Assembly: GCA_964658305.1 (NCBI GenBank)
Contig: OZ210885.1
Coordinates: forward strand, 4,774,001 to 4,838,000
Direction of reading: 5' to 3'
Source: Leptogorgia sarmentosa
Lineage: Eukaryota
Length of the DNA stretch: 64,000 bases
The notes under the pieces were generated by a model, which was given only the letters and a program-made list of their open reading frames with translations, was not told the origin of the DNA and made no database searches. The translations under genes were made by a program, and so were the position numbers. Positions 22,902 to 33,889 of the stretch are shown piece by piece. The first letter of the stretch is position 1, and every line of letters starts with the position of its first letter.

Positions 22902-25900
22902 TATTACACTTTGTGAAACTTCAATCCTAAAGTAAGGTCAAGTCACTGTACGTGTGCTTTTAGATAGTTGTGGATCGCAAATGCAAAATTAGCAAAAAAA
23001 AGTATCAGGCTTTTTTGAAACCCATTATTGAAGACATTAGAAAAATTGAACATGGATTTCCTCGTCTCATCAATGGCACAGAGGAAATTGTTTATGGAAA
23101 AGTTGTAAGCAGTACAGGTGAAACTGAAGGCAAAATAAATTGGGTTGTTACAAAGATGGCGTTGGTTTCACATTCCAAAAAATGACTTCCACTATGAAGC
23201 TATACAGCGGAACTTTCATGAAGAAGATTTCATCCCAACGACCAAGGAGGAGAAATTGAAGAAGCACCGACAGAGCAACTTAAGAATGATCTAGGAATTA
23301 CGTACGGAACAAATGAACGCACCCCCTTTGTGATCTCAGTTCATTAGTGTAAAGCTAGAAACCCTGCCGCCAGTAGATGTGTGTCATGCGAGAATTATCT
23401 ATGTGAAAAATGTCTAGAGACCCACAACAACTGCCCTGCCTTTGAAGACTATGTCCGTGTCGGAACTGTTTACCCCCTATGTTTTTAATGTTAATTTTTT
23501 TATATAAATGGATATAAACATAAGATCTAACTAGAGTTGTAGAATGTAAAAAGGTGCAAGTCACGCGACTTGCAATTTGCGTATGTAATGGTTGATTAGT
23601 GTTCCTAATTTCAACATTTGTAGAAAGAGATGATCGTTCATTCCATGCTGAAGGAAGTTCGTCGACGTGCCGGTCTAGGAAGCCCTCCTGCTGGGTACTT
23701 GAACAATATCCCCGAAAGTGTAAATGCTATAATCAAACGTAGTGTTGAATTCAAAGAAAGTAAAATGAGCAAATTTTGCCATGAAATGAGCATTTTGCTG
23801 TTACGCCAAAAAAAAGATGTCGAGTCCGCCATCATAAACCATGGACCATACTGTTTTGCGCCAAAATTCTCCCATTTGGAAGTGCCACAAGATGAATGGT
23901 TAAAAAAAACACCAATCTGAAAGAAGCCTGCGTGAAGAAGTTTCGAAATACAAAAATGTCAAGTGATTGCACCTGTGCCACCGAAACAGCAACAACGTCA
24001 ATCTTGTGCAGAACAGGCAAGGATCCGACAACAAGCACGCTAATCGGGGGGCAATCTAGCTGTTTGTTGGCCATAACGGCTCGATTCACTTCTGGTTGAA
24101 CAATTTGACATGCGTGATGGTCAAGTGCACCCCAATGCGCTACAACTAATAATTTAACATAATGTTGTCGAAGTATGTACTTCCCTTGGTTCTCAAGCTG
24201 GTAAACACAAGCTGGATATGTCGTATTACACTTCAGGAAACTTCAATCCTAAAGTAAGGTCAAGGCACTGTACGTGTGCTTTTAGATTGTTGTGGAACGC
24301 AAATGCAAAATTAGTAAAAAAAAGTATGGCTATCAGGCTTTTTTGAAACCCATTATTGAATACATTAGAAAAATTGAACATGGATTTTCTCGTCTCATCA
24401 ATGGCACAGAGGAACTTGTTTATGGAAAAGTTGTAAGCAGTATACGTGAAGCTGAAGGCAAAATAAATTGGGTGGATACAAAGATGGCGTTGGTTTCACA
24501 TTCCAAAAAATGACTTCCACTATGAAGCTATACAGCGGAACATTCATGAAGAAGATTTCATCCCAACGACCAAGGAGGAGTTATGATCGCCAGTGCCGAG
24601 AAATTGAAGAAGCACCGACAGAATGATCTAGGGATTACGTACGGAACAAATGAACGCACCCCCTTTGTGATCTCAGTTCATTAGTGTAAAGCTAGAAACC
24701 CTGCCGCCAGTAGATGTGTGTCATGCGAGAATTATCTATGTGAAAAATGTCTAGAGACCCACAACAACTGGCCTGCCTTTGAAGACTATGTCCGTGTCGG
24801 AACTGTTTACCCCCTATGTTTTTAATGTTAATTTTTTTATATAAATGGATATAAACATAAGATCTAACTAGAGTTGTAGAATGTAAAAAGGTGCAAGTCA
24901 CGCGACTTGCAATTTGCGTATGTAATGGTTGATTAGTATTCCTAATTTCAACATTTGTAGAAAGAGATGATCGTTCATTCCATGCTGAAGGAAGTTCGTC
25001 GACGTGCCGGTCTAGGAAGCCCTCCTGCTGGGTACTTGAACAATATCCCCGAAAGTGTAAATGCCAGAATCAAACGTAGTGTTGAATTCAAAGAAAGTAA
25101 AATGAGCAAATTTTGCCATGAAATGAGCATTTTGCTATTACGCCAAAAAAAAGATGTTGAGTCCGCCATCATAAACCATGGACCATACTGTTTGGCGCCA
25201 AAATTCTCCCATTTGGAAGTGCCACAAGATGAATGGTTAAAAAAAACACCAATCTGAAAGAAGCCTGCGTGAAGAAGTTTCGAAATACAAAAATGTCAAG
25301 TGATTGCACCTGTGCCACCGAAACAGCAACAACGTCAATCTTGTGCAGAACAGGCAAGGATCCGACAACAAGCACGCTAATCGGGGGTCAATCTAGCTGT
25401 TTGTTGGCCATAACGGCTCGATTCACTTCTGGTTGAACAATTTGACATACGTGATGGTCAAGTGCACCCCAATGCGCTACAACTAATAATTTAACATAAT
25501 GTTGTCGAAGTATGTACTCCCCTTGGTTCTCAAGCTGGTAAACACAAGCTGGATATGTCGTATTACACTTCAGGAAACTTCAATCCTAAAGTAAGGTCAA
25601 GGCACTGTACGTGTGCTTTTAGATTGTTGTGGAACGCAAATGCAAAATTAGTAAAAAAAAGTATGGCTATCAGGCTTTTTTGAAACCCATTATTGAATAC
25701 ATTAGAAAAATTGAACATGGATTTTCTCGTCTCATCAATGGCACAGAGGAACTTGTTTATGGAAAAGTTGTAAGCAGTATACGTGAAGCTGAAGGCAAAA
25801 TAAATTGGGTGGATACAAAGATGGCGTTGGTTTCACATTCCAAAAAATGACTTCAACTATGAAGCTATACAGCGGAACATTCATGAAGAAGATTTCATCC

Positions 25901-26135
25901 CAACGACCAAGGAGGAGTTATGATCGCCAGTGCCGAGAAATTGAAGAAGCACCGACAGAATGATCTAGGGATTACGTACGGAACAAATGAACGCACCCCC
26001 TTTGTGATCTCAGTTCATTAGTGTAAAGCTAGAAACCCTGCCGCCAGTAGATGTGTGTCGTGCGAGAATTATCTATGTGAAAAATGTCTAGAGACCCACA
26101 ACAACTGCCCTGCCTTTGAAGACTATGTCCGTGTC
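22902..26135. repeat. Tandem repeat with a ~1.33 kb unit, 2.4 copies (22902-24223, 24224-25560, 25561-26135), made of degraded DNA-transposase fragments
   Basis: Copies are near-identical and duplicate several ORFs in the track. The unit encodes AGLGSPP..NNIPESVNAIIK (MULE-like) and FLKPIIEDIRKIEHG..VYGKVV (transposase-like) pieces. Confidence 0.92.
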
Positions 26136-26290
26136 AGTTGTTCGAACAGAGATTACCGAGAGGATTTAGCAATCTAGTTGTCGGAACTGTTTACCACCCT
26201 CCTAATGCGGATGCTCTAGCAATGTTAGATTACTTATCGAGCTGCCTCACAATGTTGGAATCTCGTTTTCCTAATTGCGGATTTATTAAA
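26136..26290 (+). mobile_element. LINE AP-endonuclease fragment
   Basis: RLPRGFSNLVVGTVYHPPNAD...LESRFPNCG resembles RLPRHLTGLICCVLYNPP of the LINE at 59.6 kb. Confidence 0.75.
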
Positions 26291-26418
26291 TTTCACGATT
26301 TTGGGAAATTGCGACCTAATTTCAAATTGTGAAAACAGCTTTTAATCGAGCATATTACAACAGCTCAATGCATGAGAAACAAGACATATTCTCATGCAAT
26401 GTGTTATTTATTAACCAG

Positions 26419-26756
26419 GTCCAACACCATACTTGCTTGTCAATACGAAGGATGAAATACACGCAGTTCATTTGTTGAATAAGGAAAGAGCTGTCGTTCA
26501 AAGCGGACTTGGACCCAGCAGTGCGATCCCAGTTGACACTGTTGGAATGAAGTTATACTTTAAAGACAACGACCATATATCGATGAGAAACATTAGTGAC
26601 GCAGATGTGAACGTGATTATAACATTTGCATATGTGGAAAAAATAGCAATTGATTGGATTGGACGTCGTATATTCTGGACACAATCTTCTCCAAATCGGA
26701 TTCGCGTGGCAAATTTAGATGGAAAGGAGGAAAGAGTTGTAACAAATACCATATGA
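26419..26756 (+). pseudogene. Orphan exon of an LDL-receptor class B (YWTD beta-propeller) protein
   Basis: Acceptor accag, then PYLLVN...KIAIDWIGRRIFWTQSSPNRIRVANLDG. Ends at a stop next to a transposon insertion. Confidence 0.7.
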
Positions 26757-26767
26757 ACTTGACAATT

Positions 26768-28466
26768 CAGGGGCCGCGGAAGCACCTCAAAAGTGGGGGG
26801 GCACGGATGAAAAAGGGCACTTTCCTTTCAAAAAAAGGGCACATTTACCCTTTGTCCAAAATTGGGGGGAGGGAGAACTTGCCCCCAATGCCGTAAAATA
26901 CTGACATTAATGGTTAATTACATTATTATATCAAGCGCACACTATACGAGACAAAAGGCCCTAACACAAAAAAAAACTGAACCATTTACAGACATCAAAA
27001 AAGTTAAGAAATTCTTTGTAAAATCTCAAGTTCTTATTTGTAAATTCGAATCTCTGTAAATGTGCCCATTTACAGAGATTTGAGAATCTCTACAAAATCT
27101 GTGTAAATTCCAGGTAATCCTTTGCTCAAATAACCACTAAATGTATGTAAAATATTATTGTTTTCTATGTAAATTTTCAAAAATTTACATACATTTTACA
27201 AATTCAAGCTAAAATATCTTTAAAATGATTATACTTTCTGTGTGAATTAAGGACTTTATGAATACAACATTTTGAAATGTCTGTAAAACCTCTGTATTTT
27301 CTCCGGAAAATGAAAACACAAATCTCTCTGGAATGTCTATAGAATCATCCTGTTTTTTCTGTAAAAAAGCACACAAGACGCAGAGTTGTGTCAACAGATG
27401 AAGGGGGATGCAAAGCAACTGTCAAATGGTTTGTGGAGACCCAACGAGCTGGTTTATTCCAATTGTCGATTCAGGAGGACATTATCCAGTGGAAGTCAAT
27501 ATTGGGTTTTGTGGTGATGACAAGGGTGATGGGCGGATACAGATTAAATGAAGCTGTGTAATTTAAATAGTTACGATCAATTGTGAGTGATAACTTCTGG
27601 TGAAAAAGATTATCTTGTGCTTGACACTCACAAATTTTGCATTTTGTATATAATTCATCTTCTATCAGAAATGTCTGTATTTCATTATATAATGTCTGTA
27701 TTTTAGTATATAAAACACATTTTGCTTGTAAATATTGTGTCATTTTGTTGGTAACTTTGTGTCAATATGTTCATTTAACAACTGAACTTAATTAACACTT
27801 ACTTAAATAAGTTAAATAAATAAATACGTTTTGTACTTGTACTGTAGCCAGTTAAATTAGTTGTAGCTAGTTGTTACCTTCTTATGGCTTGTACATATAG
27901 CAGTTGGGTAATAGTGGATGTACATCACCTTGATGGTAAATTTTGCTTTGTATCATTCACCCCCCTCAAAGTGAAAGGGCTGAAAGAAACTTTCAACGTT
28001 GGCTTTATACACACACTGCCTATGCAGCACAACAGCTTTTTGAAAGAAATATCTGTTTTTGGCTCAACTATGCTTTACAGAGATTTAATGGGGGGAGAGT
28101 CTGGTGCTATGATTTACAGACATTTTAGTATGTCTGTAAAGTGCGATTTAGAAGCTTTTTACAGAGATTTCATATTTTCATATGGAGAACCATATATAAT
28201 GAGAAAATTTACAGACAGTTTTGCATTGAAGACAATTCTAGCACATACATAAAATGTATGTAAAATACTGGTTTACAGACATTTCCTTTCACATAGTCAC
28301 AATCTTTCATATTTCTACCTTTCACTATGTCTGTGAATTTCATGTCTACAAAGATTTCGTGAACTCTGTAAAGGGTTCATTTTTTCCAGTGTTAAGGGCA
28401 CTAATCGAAAAAAGGGCATATTTTCTCGTACCATGCCCCAGAGCCCCCCCTGTTCCGCGGCCCTTG
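26768..28466. mobile_element. hAT-like non-autonomous element (MITE) carrying a nested insertion
   Basis: TIRs CAGGGGCCGCGGAA and TTCCGCGGCCCTTG (13/14 match); imperfect flanking direct repeat cttgaca(a)tt; internal aaaagggcac repeats. Confidence 0.7.
26964..28392. mobile_element. Non-autonomous DNA transposon (CACTA/EnSpm-like architecture) nested in the MITE
   Basis: Imperfect TIRs acac(a)n-ctgaaccatttacaga and tctgtaaagggttcattttttccagtgt; TA on both flanks; many tttacaga/tctgtaaa subterminal repeats; no coding capacity. Confidence 0.65.
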
Positions 28467-28818
28467 CTTGACATTCAGCAGTTTATTAATCAACCTCACC
28501 ATCAATCAACCCGTTCAAGTTCCGGTGACTTTATATGTCCAAACTTATGTAGAACATCTCTTTTTAGAAACTCATATTTTAATAGAATAGTAAACAAGAC
28601 AAATGGTGAAGTCATTTCGTGTGACGGAACTTAAACAGCTCCTTGAGTTTGCGGATGGGTCCATGGCCGGACTCAAAATTGACCTTATGCTGAGAGCATT
28701 AAGAGTTATAAAAATCGATCGTTCACCAAGAATTTAAAAAAAAATACGAGTGTATTAAGTACGAATATTAAATCTTCCTCTTCTCTTTCTATCCTTAAAC
28801 CTAATCTACATTTATAGG

Positions 28819-29880
28819 TAGTGTTAGTGCAACCCCACCACCTAGCAACAAGGAGGTAAATTTAATTGAGGGTTGGAAGACCACTTTACCAAAACATGAC
28901 CACCAATGGGTTTCCTTGGCACTGTTTAAAGTAACAAGTAGTGGTAAACCGACCTTCGACAACTCGAAAGTCACCCAGTTGTGGTATTATCCACCTCAGC
29001 CGTCGCTGAATCCCACACAACCACCCTCTGCTTCACGGTATTTCGCTCAGCGTTTGCTGCTATGAACACCCCCTGACTAGTGCAGATATATATCCCTGTG
29101 TTCGCCAAGTACTTGATGTAGACGGGTACTATCATTTGGCCACGGAGTACTTGGAGTGCTCTAACTGCACATGGTCAGGTGCTGATGAGTGTGATGACAG
29201 CATCTGAAGGAAGCGGCCTCACCGATATGACCACCGCCCTTGTCGACCGGTACAAAAATGCTGGAGTTCCACCCCCTGATCTTGTAAACGGACCGTGACT
29301 GCTGTGGTGCTAGGGGCATCAAAGCTCTGTTTCCAGATTGGGATGTCGTGTGAGGAATTTCATGAGGAGACTAGCTAATGGTGTCACCACAGAGTCACAT
29401 CCATTGTATGCAACGTTCATGGGGAGGATCTCCAAATGCATTTTTGAATGGTCGGGAGAGGATTTCAATTTACTGAAGCAGGATGACCATCCTCTTGTCA
29501 TGAATTCCCTGAGAAGAAAAGAAATCTCACTGCATTGCCGCCGAAAGACTCGTGGAGCAGAAGAGACAAGTGTGCTTCTTCGCCAGCTGTTAGACACCTT
29601 TTGCGGCGAGCAAGGCAAAAACACGTTGGGCGTTCCACTACTGGACACAGAAAAAACAATGGAGATGTGGGAGGCGCAGGAAAAACATGTAGAGTGCATC
29701 CAGGATCCGCCAAACGTCCAATTGTACACAAAAACTGGTACTTTGGTGAAAGGTTTGTGACAAAAAGCCTACTTAGTGTGTGTGTGTGGGAATGGTAAAA
29801 AATCACCGTTATTTTCGCTGCGCTCGTGGCTCTACATCTTTGGAGTCTTTCCACTTACATCTTAACAAATTCATTCCAGG
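28819..29880 (+). pseudogene. Degraded member of a repetitive uncharacterised protein family (DUF6729-like, probably transposon-associated)
   Basis: Fragments in several frames: GWKTTLP..DHQWVS..LWYYPPQP, VRQVLDVDGYYHLATEYLEC, DCCG, FMRRLANGVTTESHPLY, KHVECIQDPP, RCARGSTSLESFHLHLNKFIPG. Confidence 0.55.
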
Positions 29881-30314
29881 TAAAAAAAATAATGCAGAAA
29901 TAATGCTGCGTTACATTTGTTGGCACGAATCTATTGTACTATTGTAATTTTGACTTCCGTAAAGCTTTTGATATGATAGATCACCGCAATTGATCTCAAT
30001 ACACGGAAAAAAACTGGGCCTAGAGTAGTCAGATTTTTTCAGACTCAATTTCGATCCATATTTATGTCAGAGGTATAGTTCTCACAACCAAACATAATTA
30101 CAAAATATCGACGAGTTTCATACCGAATAGCAAAAAAATTAATCGAGTGAATGTAACAAAATGGATTTCTATTCGCACAACCCTTTCCGAGCGAAGCAGT
30201 ATTGACTCGTAAAGAACCGTAATTGACTGGGAACCAAACCTAATTTGTGGAAGATAATCAGAATAGACGGAAACATCAAAATGAATACCACGATGAGTTC
30301 AACAACAATACAAG

Positions 30315-32551
30315 CTACATATTCACTGCCTCTTTCTTGAAGTCTCTAACGTTCCTTGATATGTTCTCTCCTTCCTTGCTCAAAATTGTTTCAATTGTTT
30401 TGTCGTCAATTCCAAATTTCTCCCCAATGATTCTGGCAAGAATGATCGACCTTCTTATAGCTTTATTCATTTTAATGATCATTTCTTTCATCTTTTTCTC
30501 GCTATTTTTACAGGGAACGCCTGAAGTGCTGTTGTTTTTGACGGATGATTTTATATTTGCTGCAATACTATTTTCATCTTTCTTTTTGTAATTGTTCAGA
30601 CGCTCATATCGAAATTTGTTCGTCAACACTTTACGTGGTCTGTGCTTGTTTATTTTTCTTCCAACCTTCGTAATTTTACTCTTTGAGTGAATACTTGCAT
30701 ATTTGGGAAGACTATTTTTCCTTTTTATATGCTTTTTGTTCTTTCTCTTCGTGAAAGGATTTTTCAGAGATTTGTGCCCCGATCTTTGTTTATGTTTTAT
30801 ATGCCAATGCTTTCTATGATTATGACCTTCATACAACCTTGTTGAGTGAGATGTAACTTTTTTAGCCCTTTTAATGTTTAAAGTCTTTATTTGTTTTCTT
30901 TTGTCCTTTCCTTCCAATAATCGTGCTTTCATTCTTAAATACAAGCCCAAACAGTTGTGGTGACAAGGAGTGGCTAAATGTCTGCGTTCTGTTTTGCTTA
31001 GTGCTATTTCTTTCTTAACTTGTTGTTCAGGGATTTCAGACCTTTCGTGGTTTTTAATTCTGGTATGGTGCAGTGCCGTGCTTTTGCCAAAGAGTCTTTT
31101 GTAGGCTTTTTTAAAGTCATGTTTGTGGCGTGCAAATTTCGAATTACGGTGATCATCTTTTTCTTGATGTTCCTTCGTCTCTAGTACGTTGTGTTTATGG
31201 TGCCTTTTGTGCCCTTCAATCTTTCGCGTTTTTACAGCGTTTTTACGCTTTCTGTTGGACCCACGAGTGTGCTCTAAAAATATTTTCATAAGAAAGTGTT
31301 TGCATCACAATCTTAATGGGGGGAAGGCTCTTTCAAAAGGCATGTGGCATTACAGACAAATCGCATTTTGTATGAATATTAAAAAAGGCATAAGAAACAG
31401 TAAAAAAGTTAGTTTGGAGATGTTCTTCATCTTCATTGAGGCCTTTACTAATTGCTAGCAGCTTGCGAAAAATATGTTCGAAATTTACACAAATAACTGA
31501 TAAAAAAGCTCTCAAAATAAAACCAGTTCAACCCATGGTTGAGGCCCCGGACACCATTACGCGTCATTAATCTGCCATTGGTAATAATTTGCCTGACATG
31601 ACTGGGAAAGAACAAAGTCAGCTGGATAAAAACGTTGAAAACATTTCAAATTACTGTAATGCAACAGTAAGCGATTTAGATTGATTCAAGTTCAGTTTAC
31701 ATAATAATTTCAATAGCAAGGATTTCATCTTCTACCATTACGCAACTGACTGGAACAGTGATTTTTTTTTAAATGCTCTTAGGTGATGTTTGAAGTGGTA
31801 TATTGCCACTATTGTAGTGACTACTCAGCATCACTCTTGGGCATGGCACTTTTTATAGCTTAGTGCTATAAGGTCTCTCTCACTTACTGTGAAAATTACT
31901 TCTTTCTCTGACTCTCTTCCGTTTTCGTTTAATCCAGAATATTTGGGACTTGAATTTCTTATGCAGTCTTCTCTTATCAATGACGTTTGGAGATTCGCTA
32001 TTTTCATTTCTTCTTGTATTTTTGGAGAAAATTTTTTTGTGAAAAACCTTTACATGACGTCGATGACCTCGTTTATGGTAGGAGTTTCTAATTGGGTGCG
32101 ATGCTTTTTTTGTCACACGACTTTTGCTAAATCTTTTACGTGCCAAATACTTAAAATTATGACTTGAGAATCCATACTTATTGTCATGTATTGACTTGGA
32201 TTGTTTTTTTAAATGATGATGAAGGAATTGACTCTTCTGTGCAGTACTTTGTACATTTCTTCTGAACATCGCAACGATTTGGTCATTCGAAATCATATGT
32301 TTTCTAGTTTGGTCTGGCGTCATCTTATTAGAATAACCGGAAACACTTCCTTGTCGATCCGTGCTGCCTTCCATAACTTCTTGAGATTTTTTTCTAACTT
32401 GCTGTCTAGAAATGTACCCCGCTGTGATCTCTTCGAAACAACAGCTTAAAACTAGGAGATGATAGAAAATAAGAGTAAAAATGGATGGAAGTAAAATGCT
32501 TGGATTGGTGTTAGAGGTAAATCTAACGGTTGATCTAACTTCCGCAGGCAT
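30315..32551 (-). CDS. Gene B: secreted, extremely Lys/Arg/His-rich protein, ~540 aa, 2 exons (31888-32551, 30315-31273)
   Basis: Hydrophobic signal-like ILLPSIFTLIFYHLLVLSCCF. A phase-1 GTAAGT donor at 31887 joins the tttttag acceptor at 31274 in frame. C-terminal motif shared with gene A. Confidence 0.75.
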
Positions 32552-33803
32552 TGTACGTTACGTCGTCGGTTTCCAAGAACGTCCATGCATGTAGCTCTTG
32601 AATTCATCGATTCAAAAAAACCCAAAAAGCTATAGTCAATTAGAGCTTTTTAACCAGTGTGACATTTCTTTCGAAATTGTAATGGCATCCAAGTGTCATA
32701 GCACCCAAATTTTTATTAGGAACAGTACTTTACATTAAGGTTAGTTTACAGATGTTGTTTTTTCCCATCTCTCTTGAGGTATTTAACATGATACGTATAT
32801 CTGAGGCTATGTATATTTAACAGTGAAGAGATGTTCTTTAATTGGAATCTGTTTGCAATTATATCATGCACTTACCAAGGAAAATAAACACATCTTCTGA
32901 GCTCCAACCAAATAGCGATTTCATTTTATTTTCACTTTCTTTCTGCAAAATTGAGAAATGCCGTTGATATTAAACATGCTCATGTTCTAAAACTTTCTTA
33001 TTAAAAATCCCAAATAGCATTGATCTGAATCTGACCAGTTCCACTGCGAACTTCAAGAAAGCCTGGAGCTCAATCAAGGTTATTTGTCTTTGTTCGTTTT
33101 TAGAATTTTCAGCTAGCGTACATTGGACAAGAACATGCTCCAAATTAAACCAAGAGCACTGAATTATATACATAGTAACGATTCACCGACGTAGTTATTT
33201 ATGTAGAGTCCTACATGTGAACTGAAAAAGACAACGGCTACTCAAACTTAAACCCAACATTGTGCGGGTTGTAGCTCTACCGATCTCGAACAAATGGGAT
33301 TTATCATTCTTCTGAAATCAGTCAAGCAATTTTGAATACAGAGTATCTATAATAAGATGATGTTTCAATATGCGTGAAATCATGCAGTCACAATTTCCGC
33401 ATGTGTTTCTATTTAACTGCTTAGACACGGGTTGCCCCAACATTTCTCCATACGACAGATAGAGAGTCTTGTGAGGAGGTTATCCAGATGAGCAGATCGT
33501 TATTAAAAAGGGATATGAAACGGAAAACATACTGTAGATTTTACCGCGCTTAAATTAGGTGATTTGAGTTCTAGAACGTTAAAATATAAGTATACTTTGC
33601 GTACATGTATCTGCGCATATAATATACTGTTGTTACAATGATTACTGTTATTCAACTCTGTGAACAACTCTTTAAATCGTTCGGGAAAAAAATACGCACC
33701 ACTATCTACCAAAAAACCTCATGCTCAAAGGTGGTTTACCCAACCTTTTGGAACAATGTTGTACTTTTTTGTTTGGCATTATGTTTTATAACCGGCGCTG
33801 TCT

Positions 33804-33889
33804 AGAAAGGTTTTTAAATCCATTCTTCGTCAAGAAATGGCTTGGTTCGACATGAATGACAGCGGAGAGCTAAATACTCGTTTATCTGA
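33804..33889 (+). pseudogene. Orphan exon fragment of an ABCB1/P-glycoprotein-type ABC transporter
   Basis: Reads RKVFKSILRQEMAWFDMNDSGELNTRLS followed by GA|gtatgt, compared with the ABCB1 segment RQEIGWFD..GELNTRL. In-frame stop upstream; no other exons seen. Confidence 0.75.

Noticed and set aside
29950..29986. DFRKAFDMIDH LINE RT scrap
   Set aside because: Only ~12 codons; not listed as a feature.
31353..31436. Signal-peptide-like mini-ORF MKMKNISKLTFLLFLMPFLIFIQNAICL in the gene B intron, a possible alternative first exon
   Set aside because: Available GT donors give the wrong phase or create a stop with the only usable acceptor; not supportable without transcripts.
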